Source: an uncultured Acidobacteriota bacterium (GTDB lineage: Bacteria; Acidobacteriota; Thermoanaerobaculia; UBA5066; Gp7-AA6). Taken from it: a stretch of DNA of 64,000 nt. Where the stretch lies: assembly GCA_963832145.1 (NCBI GenBank), contig CAWHTA010000011.1, positions 281,451 to 345,450 on the forward strand, written 5' to 3'. This document shows, one piece after another, positions 20,251 to 30,176 of this stretch; the stretch's first letter is position 1, and every line of letters begins with the position of its first letter. The notes beneath the pieces are model-generated. The model had not been told where the DNA came from, did no database searches, and saw only the letters and a list, made by a program, of their open reading frames with translations. The position numbers and the translations under genes are program-made.

Positions 20251-20550
20251 ATGATGCAGCAATACACCGACAAGAATCTCACCTGCGTTGATTGTGGAAA
20301 CACGTTCCTGTTCTCGGCAGACGACCAGGAGTTCTACGCGCGCAAGGGCTTCACGAACGAGCCCAAGCGCTGCAAAGTGTGCCGCGACAAGCGCAAGGCA
20401 GCCTCCGGCGAAGGCCGGGAGCGCACGCTCTATGACGTCACCTGCGACGGTTGCGGAAAGCAGACGCAGGTTCCTTTCAACCCGACAAACGGCAAGCCCG
20501 TCTACTGCCGCGAGTGCTACTCCTCGCGCCGGACGCAGCAGGCCTACTGA
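20251..20550 (+). CDS. Zinc-ribbon protein with CxxC-x17-CxxC domain
   Basis: ATG at 20251 with AGGAGA upstream. CVDC...CKVC, then CDGC-17 residues-CREC. Followed by a strong terminator. Confidence 0.8.
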   Translation: MMQQYTDKNLTCVDCGNTFLFSADDQEFYARKGFTNEPKRCKVCRDKRKAASGEGRERTLYDVTCDGCGKQTQVPFNPTNGKPVYCRECYSSRRTQQAY

Positions 20551-20575
20551 GTCGAACCACCACACTGGTGTTCCG

Positions 20576-20604
20576 AGCCCCGGCACCCGCCGGGGCTTTT
20601 TTTT
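20576..20604 (+). terminator. Rho-independent terminator
   Basis: Stem agccccgg/ccggggct with a 6-nt loop, followed by T8. Confidence 0.85.
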
Positions 20605-20631
20605 GGAGAAATTGTTATCGTCCGCAGCGTT

Positions 20632-21564
20632 TTGAATCCCGTTCCCGTCCGCTCCGGCCCCGGACTCCTCGAAGCGATCGGGTCCACCCCCCACGCGGAG
20701 CTCTCCCGGTTCTCGCGAGGCGCCGCGCGCATCTTCGCGAAGCTCGAGTTCCTGAACCCGGGCGGCAGCGTCAAGGACCGGATCGCGCGGGCGATGGTCG
20801 AAGACGCCGAAGCGCGCGGTCTGCTGCACGAGGGAGGCACGATCGTCGAGCCGACGTCGGGTAACACCGGGGTCGCGCTCGCGATGATCGCGGCCGCGAA
20901 GGGTTACCGCTGCGTAGTGGTCATGCCGAAGGGATACGGCGAGGTGAAGGCGAAGCTCATGGAGGCGCTCGGCGCCGAAGTGGTGCGGACGCCCGCGGAG
21001 GACCTCATGTCCGGCGCGATCCGGCGCGCCGAAGAGATCGCGCGCGAGACGGGCGCCTACCTTCCGAACCAGTTCGCGAACCCGGTCAACCCGCGGACGC
21101 ACTACGAGACGACCGGGCCGGAGATCTGGGCGGAGCTCGGCGACTCGATCGACGCGCTCGTCGTCGGCGCCGGTACGACGGGGACGCTCAGCGGCGTGGG
21201 CCGCTTTCTGAAGGAGCGGATTCCGCGCCTTCTGCGGGTGGCCGCGGAGCCGCAGGGCTCGATCCTCGGCGGCGGAAAGCACGGGCCGCACGCGGTGGAG
21301 GGAATCGGGCTGTCCTTCTATCCGCCGATCTTCGACCGCACGGCCTTCGACGAAGTCATCGCGATCGACGACGACGAGGCGTTCGAGACGTGCCGGACGC
21401 TCGCGCGCGAGGAGGGGCTCCTCGTGGGAGGGTCCTCCGGGGTCGCCGCGGCCGCGGCGCTCCAGGTCGCGCGGCGGCTCGGGCCCGAAAAGACCGTCGT
21501 GACCCTGTTTCCCGACGGGGCGGAGCGGTACCCCGGACAGGGAATCTTCCAGGCGCCGCGCTGA
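20632..21564 (+). CDS. Cysteine synthase / cystathionine beta-synthase-family PLP enzyme
   Basis: 310 aa. KLEFLNPGGSVKDR (PLP-lysine motif) and TSGNTG. Confidence 0.9.
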   Translation: MNPVPVRSGPGLLEAIGSTPHAELSRFSRGAARIFAKLEFLNPGGSVKDRIARAMVEDAEARGLLHEGGTIVEPTSGNTGVALAMIAAAKGYRCVVVMPKGYGEVKAKLMEALGAEVVRTPAEDLMSGAIRRAEEIARETGAYLPNQFANPVNPRTHYETTGPEIWAELGDSIDALVVGAGTTGTLSGVGRFLKERIPRLLRVAAEPQGSILGGGKHGPHAVEGIGLSFYPPIFDRTAFDEVIAIDDDEAFETCRTLAREEGLLVGGSSGVAAAAALQVARRLGPEKTVVTLFPDGAERYPGQGIFQAPR

Positions 21565-21592
21565 CTACTTAAGAATCGAAGAGGGAAAAACG

Positions 21593-22732
21593 ATGGGATT
21601 CTCGACCGACGCGATCCACGCCGGCAACGCTCCCGACCCGACGACGGGGGCGGTCGCCGTTCCGATCTACCAGACCTCCACGTACGTGCAGGAGGCGCTC
21701 GGGAAGCACAAGGGGTACGAGTACGCGCGGACGCAGAATCCCACCCGCGCCGCGCTCGAGGAGAACCTCGCCGTGCTCGAGAACGGAGCCGGCGCGCGGG
21801 CGTTCGCGTCGGGAATGGCCGCGATCACCGCCGTCTCGACGTTCGTGAAGACCGGCGAGCACGTCGTGTGCTCCGACCTGACGTACGGCGGCACCTACCG
21901 CTACTACACGAAGATCCTGGGGCTGTACGGCGTCGAGTTCACGTTCGTCGACACGGCGGACGCGGAGGCGGTCCGCGCCGCGATGCGGCCGAACACGAAG
22001 CTCCTGCACCTCGAGACGCCGACGAACCCGATGATGACTCTCTGCGACATCCCTCTGCTGTCGAAGATTGCCCACGAGCGCGGCGCGCTCGTCGTCGTGG
22101 ACAACACTTTCGCGTCCCCCTACCTTCAGAGGCCGCTCGACCTCGGCGCGGACTTCTCGGTCCACTCGACGACGAAGTTCCTGAACGGTCACTCCGACTC
22201 CGTCGGCGGCGTCGCCGTCGCGAAAGATCCGGCGCACGTCGAGTGGCTCTCCTTCGTGCAGAACGGCTCGGGAGCAATCCTCGGTCCCTTCGACTCGTGG
22301 CTCGTGCTGCGGGGAATCAAGACGCTCGCGGTCCGGATGGAGCGTCACGAGGCGAACGCACGGGAGATCGCGCAGTACCTTGCGGGCCACGCAAAGGTGA
22401 AGAAGACGTACTACCCGGGCCTGCCCGATCACCCGCAGCGCGAGCTCGCGATGCGTCAGATGAAGGGGTTCGGCGCGATGATCTCCTTCGACGTCGGATC
22501 GTTCGCGAACGCGCAGGCGATGCTCGACAAAGTGAAGATCTGCTCGCTCGGAGAGAGCCTCGGCGGGGTCGAGACCCTCATCGGACATCCGGCGACCATG
22601 ACGCACGGCTCGATCCCGGAGAAGGATCGCGAGCGGCTGGGAATCACGATGGGTCTCATCCGCATCTCCGTCGGGATCGAGGACGTCGAGGACCTGATCG
22701 CGGACCTCGAGACGGCGTTGAAGGCAATTTGA
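21593..22732 (+). CDS. Cystathionine gamma-lyase/gamma-synthase-family PLP enzyme
   Basis: 379 aa. ..IHAG...D..TGAV..PIYQTSTY.. and STTKFLNGHSD (PLP lysine) motifs. Confidence 0.9.
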   Translation: MGFSTDAIHAGNAPDPTTGAVAVPIYQTSTYVQEALGKHKGYEYARTQNPTRAALEENLAVLENGAGARAFASGMAAITAVSTFVKTGEHVVCSDLTYGGTYRYYTKILGLYGVEFTFVDTADAEAVRAAMRPNTKLLHLETPTNPMMTLCDIPLLSKIAHERGALVVVDNTFASPYLQRPLDLGADFSVHSTTKFLNGHSDSVGGVAVAKDPAHVEWLSFVQNGSGAILGPFDSWLVLRGIKTLAVRMERHEANAREIAQYLAGHAKVKKTYYPGLPDHPQRELAMRQMKGFGAMISFDVGSFANAQAMLDKVKICSLGESLGGVETLIGHPATMTHGSIPEKDRERLGITMGLIRISVGIEDVEDLIADLETALKAI

Positions 22733-22854
22733 CTCTCGCCTGTCGTTCCGAGGCCGAAGGCCGAGGAATCTGGGCCCGCGCGAGTAAGGACTCGATCGAG
22801 AGGGACACAGATCCCTCGCTTCGCTCGGGATGACAGGGGGCGGATAGCGCCCCC

Positions 22855-23748
22855 ATGAGGGCCGTCCTCCTCTCCCTCCTGCTCGTTGCGGGCGCCGCGC
22901 CGCCCGACGACTTCGCCGCGGTTCGGGACGAGTTCCTCTCGGGCATCAACGCCGAGCGGGCGCGCAAGGGAGCGCCCCCGGTCGCGCTCTCAACGCCTCT
23001 GACCCGCGTCGCGCAGGATCTCGCCGATGCGGCCGCGCGGCGCGGCGACCCCGACCTCCAGCCGCCGCCGGAAAAGGAGCTCGTCGGCCGCGTCGAGCGG
23101 GCAGGTTACTCCGTCAAGGCGCTTGCGGAAGTTTTCACGCGAGCGGACGGCAGCGTCCCGGAAGTGATCGCCTTCTGGAAGTCGCGGGGCGGCACGACGT
23201 GGGCCCACCTCCTCCGCGCGGACTTCCGCGACCTCGGAGTGGGCGTGGCGATGCTCGACGACGTCCCGCTCTACGTCTTCCTCCTCGGGGTCACGTGGGA
23301 CGAGTACGCCGCGGGACGCGCTCGCGAGTACGACGACCCGGCCGACATGCGCCGCCGGATGCTCGACCGGGTGAACTCGGAACGGCGCCGCCAGCGGCTG
23401 CCGGCGCTCTCCCCGAGCGTCGCGCTCGACCGCGTCGCGCAGGCGCACGCGGAGGACATGCTCGAGCGCTCCTACTACGGGCACAAGAGCCCCGACGGCC
23501 TGACCGTGCGGGAGCGCGCGCTCCGCGGCGGCTACCGCCTGCGCTTCGTCGGCGAGAACATCGCGAGCGGGCAGTCCACCGTGGACGAGGTCATGGACGG
23601 CTGGATGGCGAGCGACGAGCACCGCCCGAACATCCTGTCGAAGGTCTACACGGAGGCGGGGTTCGGCCTCGCGATCGGTAAGAACAAGGGGGGCGTCCAG
23701 ATCATCTGGGTCCAGGTGTTCGGCCGGCCGCGGCTCAAGTTCGGATAG
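22855..23748 (+). CDS. Secreted protein with two CAP/SCP (YkwD-like) domains
   Basis: Signal peptide MRAVLLSLLLVAG. Two repeats of ..N.ER...G..PL......L...A..HA.DM......H.. ending in GW..S..HR.NIL. Confidence 0.75.
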   Translation: MRAVLLSLLLVAGAAPPDDFAAVRDEFLSGINAERARKGAPPVALSTPLTRVAQDLADAAARRGDPDLQPPPEKELVGRVERAGYSVKALAEVFTRADGSVPEVIAFWKSRGGTTWAHLLRADFRDLGVGVAMLDDVPLYVFLLGVTWDEYAAGRAREYDDPADMRRRMLDRVNSERRRQRLPALSPSVALDRVAQAHAEDMLERSYYGHKSPDGLTVRERALRGGYRLRFVGENIASGQSTVDEVMDGWMASDEHRPNILSKVYTEAGFGLAIGKNKGGVQIIWVQVFGRPRLKFG

Positions 23749-23760
23749 GAGAAGCGGCGC

Positions 23761-25060
23761 TCAGCGAAGCAGCTCCACCCCTCTCGCCTGTTCCGTCAGC
23801 TCGATCTTCTGCGGCAGGTGCTTTCCCTCGAACCACACGACGCGCTGCGAGCGGACGTCCGCCTGGAGAGCGAGGAACGCCTTCCTCAACCGATCGACCG
23901 AAGAGACGTCCACGACCGCACCCCAGCGCGCGAACTCGGGCCGAGTCGCCGGATCGATGAGCGACCACACGTGGAGCGGCACTCCCAGGGTCGCAAGGTA
24001 GTGGCGCACGGATTCCGGGGAATAGCCGCTCGCGTCGGTGGGGGTCCCGAGCACGAGCACGACGGCGCGGCGCGCGCTGCTTCCGAAGGCGACGAGGCCC
24101 CCGACCGCCGTGGCGTCGGCGAACCGCTGCCGGGGAACGGTGCCGAGGGAGTGATACACGCGAGTCAGGATCCAGTGGAGGCTCTGCGAGAAGTCGGGTG
24201 AGCTCTCGAAGAGATCCGAAGCGATCCGCGGGTCGTCGTAGTGCTTCGCGACCGGCCATAGCATGCGGGTCCGGATCCCGTCGCGGAGCCTCATCTCGAA
24301 GCGCGACGCGCGCATCTCGTGCGGCATCACGTATCGGTATCCCTCGAGGGCGTTCGATGCCTCGCGGTTCCCGCTGTCGCGCACGATGACGACACTTCCC
24401 CCCTCTTCCTCGACCGCGACGACGCGAAGCGGCCGCCCGCCGGCAGCGAACCAACCCTGGAGACGTTCGGCCGGCGGGAGGTCCCGCCCTTTCCCGAGCC
24501 GGACGGCGATCGCGGTGAGCTCGGTCTTCGCCTCCTCCGCGGAGCCGCCGCCGAGCACGACGTCCGCGCGCGAGCGCAGGCCTTCCGGGAACTCGAGCCG
24601 GGCCGAGAGGACGTGCGTCGTCTCGGGATCGTGCGCCGGGAGCGCGATGCGCCCGGAGTCGTCCACGGCGACCGGTTTTCCGTCGAACGTCGCCGAGACG
24701 GCCGCGAGGCCTTGAGCCGAGGATGCTCTGCCACGAGAGGCGCGCGCCCACGGGTCGGCCTTTCGAGTTCCTCTCCAGCACGATCTCCGTCTCGGCGTCT
24801 TCCCGCGGGAGGTTCAGCCACTGGCGGGTGCTCGCGACCTCGCGACCCTCGCGGTCGAGCGCGCGGGCGACGAGCTCGTGCGGCGAGAGGTCACCGCCGA
24901 GGTCGACGCGCAGCTCCCAGGGCGAGCGGTCGACCCGTCCGAGCGGCTTTCCGTCGAGCCGGTACTCGACGGCCGCCGCGGGTCCGCCGACGAGGACGCC
25001 GGCCGTCTGGTCGCCGGCGACAAGGCCGAGGAAGAGCGTCGTGAAGACGATCGAGGTCAT
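23761..25060 (-). pseudogene. Membrane-anchored paralog A (Ig-like N-region, degenerate VWA-like C-region), frameshift near 24703
   Basis: N-terminus MTSIVFTTLFLGLVAG... is in the frame of ORF 23735-25132. The rest is in ORF 23761-24666. Removing one base in cgcGGCCg restores WQSILGSRPRAVSATFDGKP, which aligns with paralog B WQSLLGTPPRRVTVTFDGKP. Confidence 0.8.
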
Positions 25061-26400
25061 CGGACGATCTCGATGCCCCGCGCCTCCGCCGACAACGCGA
25101 TCTCCTGAGGCAGGTGCCGCCCCTCGAGCCACACAAGCTGCTGGCCGTCGAGCCTCCCCCGCAGCCGTTCGAACGCCGCTTTCAGCTTCGGGTACGACGA
25201 GACATCCTCGGCCTCACCCCAACGTTCCGCGACGCGCGCCGCGGTTCGCGGGTCGAGCGACCACACGACGAGGGGCACGTGGATCTTCTGCAGGTACGCG
25301 CGGACGAGGGCCGGCGGGAACCGGCTCGTGTCATCGACGTGACTCCCGAGCGCGAGCACGACCGCGCGCCGCGTGTACCCCGCGTACGCCTGGATCCCGC
25401 CGACGGCGACCGCGTCGGCGAAGCGGAGGTCGCCGCCCTTCGGGATCGGGTGCGAGATCCGCGTCAGCAGCCAGTGGAGTCCGGCGAAGTCGCCGGTGAA
25501 GTCGCGCGACGCGTCGAAGAGGTCGGTCGGCACCTCGGCTCCCGGGGCGCGCTTCGCGCGCGGCCAGATGAACCGCACGCGATCCTCGTCCGCGAGGCGG
25601 GTCTCGAAGCGCGCGTAGTCCGGGTCGTACTGCGGAAGCGAGCCGCGCATGCCGCGCGACGTGAACGACGTCCTTCCGCCCGACCCGAAGCGAGCGAGCG
25701 ACTCGGCGTGGTCCGGGTCGCGCACGATGAGGAGGAGCGCCGGCCCCTTCTCCACCGCGACGACGTTCATCGGCTCGCTCCCCTTCCGGAACCAGCCCTG
25801 AAGCGCGGCGGGCGTCGGGAGGGCCGCTCCGACGGTCCCGCGAACGGGAATCCCCGTCAGCTCGCTCGTCGCCTCGCTGCGGGAACGGCCGCCGAGGACG
25901 ACGCCCGCGCGGGAGACGACGGCGGGCGAGAACTCGACCTCCGCGGAAACGAGGTGCGTGGAGTCGTCGGTGTACTCGGGCAGGGGGATGCGCGACGGGT
26001 TCGCCGCGTCGAGCGGCTTTCCGTCGAACGTCACGGTCACGCGGCGGGGCGGCGTCCCGAGGAGGCTCTGCCAGGTGAGCCGTGCCGCGACGGCGCGACC
26101 CGTCGGATCCCGGTCGATCAGGAGCGACGTCTCCGCGGGAGGGCGCGGCACGTTCAGCCACTGCCGCGCGCGCGCGACTTCGCGCCCGGAAGGATCGAGG
26201 GCGCGGGCGACGAGCTCGTGAGGCACGATCTCGGCCCCGAGGTTCACCTGGAGCGACCACGGCTCGCGGAGCGCGCGCCCGATCGGCTTCCCGTCGAGCT
26301 CGAACGCGACGGACGCCGCCGGGCCCTGGACCGCGACGCCGACGGGATGCGACCCGAGCACGAGTCCGAGGAACAGGGACGTGAAGACAATCGAGGTCAC
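25057..26400 (-). CDS. Membrane-anchored paralog B (Ig-like N-region, degenerate VWA-like C-region)
   Basis: 447 aa with N-terminal TM MTSIVFTSLFLGLVLG. Collinear similarity to paralog A over the full length. Its stop overlaps the paralog A start (ATGA). Confidence 0.8.
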   Translation of the reverse strand: MTSIVFTSLFLGLVLGSHPVGVAVQGPAASVAFELDGKPIGRALREPWSLQVNLGAEIVPHELVARALDPSGREVARARQWLNVPRPPAETSLLIDRDPTGRAVAARLTWQSLLGTPPRRVTVTFDGKPLDAANPSRIPLPEYTDDSTHLVSAEVEFSPAVVSRAGVVLGGRSRSEATSELTGIPVRGTVGAALPTPAALQGWFRKGSEPMNVVAVEKGPALLLIVRDPDHAESLARFGSGGRTSFTSRGMRGSLPQYDPDYARFETRLADEDRVRFIWPRAKRAPGAEVPTDLFDASRDFTGDFAGLHWLLTRISHPIPKGGDLRFADAVAVGGIQAYAGYTRRAVVLALGSHVDDTSRFPPALVRAYLQKIHVPLVVWSLDPRTAARVAERWGEAEDVSSYPKLKAAFERLRGRLDGQQLVWLEGRHLPQEIALSAEARGIEIVR

Positions 26401-26413
26401 GGGACGTCGCTCT

Positions 26414-26443
26414 CCGTTCTCAGCTGTCCGTTCTCAGCTGAGC
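26414..26443. repeat. Direct repeat ccgttctcagctg x2 (related to the TCAGC-array family)
   Basis: ccgttctcagctgtccgttctcagctgagc. Each unit contains the tcagctg(a) palindrome. Confidence 0.6.
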
Positions 26444-26467
26444 CCGAAAAGCCTACTCCTCGAGAAC

Positions 26468-26905
26468 CTAACCGGGTGCGGGCGTCGCGACCGCGGTGGC
26501 GCGGCGGGGCTTGGACCGGGGGGCGGCGATGCGCTTTTTGGGCCGCTCCGTCATGCGCGTGATCCAGTCACCGAAGGGGTCGCTCGCGTGATCGACGCGG
26601 TAGGCGAGCACTTCCGGCAGCTCGTACGTGTTCACCTTCTGGATCGTCTCGCGCACTCCCTCGAACTCGCCCGCCACAGTCTTGATCAGGAGGAGCATTT
26701 CGCCGTCGGAGCAGACGCGCCCCTTCCAGCGGTAGATCGAGTGGACGTTCGGGATGATGTTCACGCAGGCGGCCTGGCGGTTGCGGATCAGGGCGTGCGC
26801 GACGTCGAGCGCCTGGTCCTCCGTCCCGACGGAGGTGACGACGACGATCAGGTCCTTCGGGCGCATCGAGGGGGCGATTTGATTCCTCGGCTCGGGAGAT
26901 GTCAA
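26468..26905 (-). CDS. cutA: Divalent-cation tolerance protein CutA
   Basis: ..VVVTSVGTEDQALDVAHALI..R.AACVNI.P.V.S.YRWKG.. The true start may be the internal M at 26866. Basic C-terminal tail. Confidence 0.85.
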   Translation of the reverse strand: MTSPEPRNQIAPSMRPKDLIVVVTSVGTEDQALDVAHALIRNRQAACVNIIPNVHSIYRWKGRVCSDGEMLLLIKTVAGEFEGVRETIQKVNTYELPEVLAYRVDHASDPFGDWITRMTERPKKRIAAPRSKPRRATAVATPAPG

Positions 26906-27003
26906 GGAGCGTCCCTCCCTCCCCGGAATTCTGCGCGCCGGAGACTGTTAACATCCTCCCGGATCTTTGAACGAATCGAGCGAATCGAGCGAAGGATCTT
27001 CGT

Positions 27004-27363
27004 GGGGGCGAAACGGCTTCGACGGGGACGATTGCGCGAGAGGTTGCATGCCGAGGTTCACTCGCCTCGTAAAAAAGGGTGAAAAACAGTAGCTGCGAAC
27101 AACAGCAACTTCGCTCTGGCTGCTTAATTAAGTAGCCTCGTTAGCATGGTGAGCGTACCCGCCGCGCTCCGCGCTGACGTCGCGAAATGCGGGTGTAGCC
27201 GCTCCGGATCCCCGGACGGAGTGGCGAAACACATTCGGGGTTGCTCTTCCGCCGTTTTGCCTCTTCTCGAGGCGGTGGAGCGAGAAACAAGAAGAGGCTG
27301 AGCATGGAGTGGCCTCTCCCGTAGCGCTTCCGGACGCGGGTTCAACTCCCGCCGCCTCCACCA
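27004..27363 (+). ncRNA. ssrA: tmRNA (SsrA)
   Basis: 5' GGGGGCGAAACGGCTTCGACGGGG pairs with 3' ..CGCCTCCACCA, including a G3:U70 wobble. T-arm GGACGCGGGTTCAACTCCCGCC. Internal tag frame gct gcg aac aac agc aac ttc gct ctg gct gct TAA encodes (A)ANNSNFALAA at about 27092-27127. Confidence 0.95.
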
Positions 27364-27376
27364 TTTCAAAAGAACC

Positions 27377-27393
27377 GACCCGGGCTCCGGGTC
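27377..27393. terminator. Hairpin between the tmRNA 3' end and the TonB-dependent receptor stop (possible bidirectional terminator)
   Basis: gacccgg-gct-ccgggtc. The minus-strand reading is followed by ggttcttttg. Confidence 0.5.
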
Positions 27394-27402
27394 ATCTTCC
27401 AT

Positions 27403-29656
27403 TCACTGCAGAGCCAGTCGAACTCCCCCGCGGATCGTCCGAGGCCATCCCACGGTTCGGATCGGCGTCTTCCCGACGTCGTAGTCGACGTCGAAGAGGT
27501 TCTCGACGGCGACGAATGCGGTGAGCCCGTGGCTCAAGTCCTGGCTCATCGAAGCATCCAGGACGCCGAAGGACCCGAGCTCGAGCTCGTTCAAGTCATC
27601 ATCGAACTGCGCCCCGACGACTCGCAGCTGCGCGGCTCCGGTGAACCCCCGATCCCCCGAATACGTCAGCCCCGCGCCGAGCTGATATGGCGGCACCTGC
27701 GGGACACGGTTTCCTTCCAGCACCGGTTGCGCCGGTGTCTCGTGGAAGCGTGACTCGGTCCACACCGCCACGACGTTCATCGCCCACGCCGCGCTCGGTC
27801 TGAAATTCGCCTCGACCTCGATCCCCGCCGACCGGACCGTGTCCGTGTTCTGCCGCTCGCGCGTGATGAGCGATGGCGTGGCGTCGAGCGTCACGTTCGC
27901 GATGGCGTCGTCGAGCTGGTTCCAGAAACCTGTTGCAACTGCGGAGAAACGCGGCCGGACCAGCCGCACGCCCGCCTCGATTCCCGTGAGGCGCTCGGGG
28001 TCGAGGGTGGGATTCGGGTTGGTCACGACGTTCCCGACCCGGAAGCCCCGGTACAGCTCGTTCAACGTCGGGGTGCGGAACGCGCGGTAGATGGCCGCGT
28101 GCAGTGCGAGCTCGTGGGTGAGGTTGTAGGCCGCTGCCGCGCGGGGGCTGAAAAACGACACGGAGTGAGTCGAGAGAGTCTCCTCGCGCGGCTCCGACCT
28201 CCAGAAGTCTCCGCGCGCGCCCACGACCACGGTCAGGCGCGGCGACGCGGCCACGCTGACGCGCGCGAACGCGGATCCGTTCGCTTCCGTGCCTCCCCCG
28301 AGAGAACGGCCCGCTCGGCACGCCGGCGAACGAGTACCGCGTCTCTTCGACCGTTGATTTCGTGCGCTTCCACTCGCCACCGAGCAGGACCGTCCAGGAG
28401 CCCCACAGGCGCGACCACTGCCCGGCGGCGGTTCCGAAGGTGCTCGGGATCCGCTGCGCGGTGGTCAGCCGTTCGCTCCGGCGATCGGGGGCGATCGCGC
28501 TGAACGTCTGCTCGTAGGTCTGCGTTCCTCCGGCGGCCCGGACGAGCCAGGTGCCGCCGGCCAGCGATCCGTCCGCTTCGCCGGAGATCTGGCGCCAGCG
28601 GGTGTCGTTCACCTGGGCCGGCGTGCCGTTGCCGCGCTCCTCTTCGTAGAGGTGCGCACGCAGGAGGCCCTGGACCGGCCCGCCGTCGAATCTCACGACC
28701 CCGAACCCGGTTGCGTAGTCGCTGTCGGCGGGAACGTCGATTTCGCCGCGCGATTCCGGGGCGACCGTGACGACGCCATCGCTTTCCACCCATTCACCGG
28801 AGAGCGTGGCGCTCCACTCCCCGTACTGACCTCCGGCGAAGGCGGAGAGGCGGCTCGTATCGTGCGACCCGAAGTCCGCGCTCGCGCGGAACGTCGTCCG
28901 CTCCGGCGAGAACGTCAACACCTGGATGACGCCGCCGAGCGCGTCGGCGCCGTACAGATCGCCGCTCGCCCCGCGGACGACCTCCACCCGCTCGATGGCA
29001 GCCTGCGGCACCTTGTTCCAGTAAACCCAGCTGCCGAAGGCGTCGTTCAACGGGAGGCCGTCGGCGAGCACCAGCGTGCGACTGGCGCCGGAGCCCGAGA
29101 GGCCGCGCAGGGTGACGCCCTGGGTCGTCGGATTCGAAACGCGGGAAGACGACCGTCGGAAGAGGCTGAACCCGGGCGTGCCCCTCAAGGCATCGTCCAC
29201 CGTGCCGGCGCCGGACGCGAGCAGCTCGGCGGAGGTAATCACCGAGATGCCGGCCGGCGTGGAGAGTCGGTCCGCGCCGCGCGACGCCGTGACCGTCACG
29301 GTCTCGACGAGCGCCGGATGCAGGGTGACCCGAACGAAGGTCCGCTCCTCGCCCGCAAGAATCGAAGCCGTGGCGCTTGCGAAGCCCGGCAGGGATACGC
29401 GCAGAAACGCTTGTCCCGGAGGAACGCCGGTGGCTTCGAACCGCCCGTCCCGGCCGGTTTCGAGCCGGCGCGGAGCACCGGGCGGTTTCCGGAGCTCGAC
29501 AGTTGCTCCCGGCAGGGGCGCTCCCGCGGCGTCGGAAACGATGCCTTCCACTCTCGCCCCGCCCGGGGCGATCGCGCTCAGCCGCTGCGCGCCAGACAGT
29601 GCGAGAAAGGGGAGATACACCGCTACGGCGAATCGAAACGGGAGACGTCGAGCCAT
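27403..29656 (-). pseudogene. TonB-dependent receptor with CarboxypepD_reg-like N-domain, frameshift at the C5 run near 28296
   Basis: The N-terminal 450 aa (ORF 27599-29656) carry a signal peptide, [20 protein letters not shown], and plug motifs (VTASR, ..VEVVRGASGDLYGADALGGVIQV). The C-terminal barrel is in ORF 27403-28380 and ends ..GWPRTIRGGVRLAL(Q). Confidence 0.85.
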
Positions 29657-29672
29657 CGCCTTTCGGTTGCCC

Positions 29673-30101
29673 TCAGCCCTCGAGCTTCGCGTCCACGGTG
29701 ATCTTCGCGTTCAGCAGGCGCGAGATCGGGCAACCTTTCGACGCACCTTCGGCGGCCGCGCGGAACGCCTCGGCGGACGCGCCCGGGACCTTCCCGGCGA
29801 CTTCGAGGTGCGACCCCGTCACGGTCCAGCCGGTCCCCTCGACTTTCTCCATCGTCACCGTCGCGGTCGTCCGCAGGCTCTCGGCGACGAGGCTCGCCTT
29901 GCCGAGCTCGCCGGAGAGCGCCATCGTGAAGCAACCCGCGTGGGCCGCCGCGATCAGCTCCTCGGGGTTCGTTCCTTTTTCCCCTTCGAAACGGGTCGTG
30001 AACGAGTAGCGCGCGGACTGGAGCACGCCGCTCTCGGTCGAAACGAGGCCTTTTCCGGTCTTCAAATCCCCCTGCCACTCCGCGGACGCTTTGCGTTTCA
30101 T
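29673..30101 (-). CDS. OsmC/Ohr-family peroxiredoxin-like protein
   Basis: Start at MKRKASAEWQGDLK (142 aa). Conserved AHAGCF and GCPIS cysteines typical of OsmC. Confidence 0.85.
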   Translation of the reverse strand: MKRKASAEWQGDLKTGKGLVSTESGVLQSARYSFTTRFEGEKGTNPEELIAAAHAGCFTMALSGELGKASLVAESLRTTATVTMEKVEGTGWTVTGSHLEVAGKVPGASAEAFRAAAEGASKGCPISRLLNAKITVDAKLEG

Positions 30102-30176
30102 CTCGGTTCCTCCTCCTGGCGATCTCGATCTTTTCGCGAGCCGGTCGGCTAAACTAGTCCCGTTATAAGCAATTCC

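Noticed and set aside
22733-22854. Intergenic element (..cgaggccgaaggccgaggaatc.. / ..gatccctcgcttcgctcgggatgacag..) resembling REP-type repeats
   Set aside because: There is only one copy in this window, so I cannot show it is repetitive.
27124-27402. ORFs of 92 and 78 aa on the minus strand
   Set aside because: They lie entirely within or opposite the tmRNA gene.
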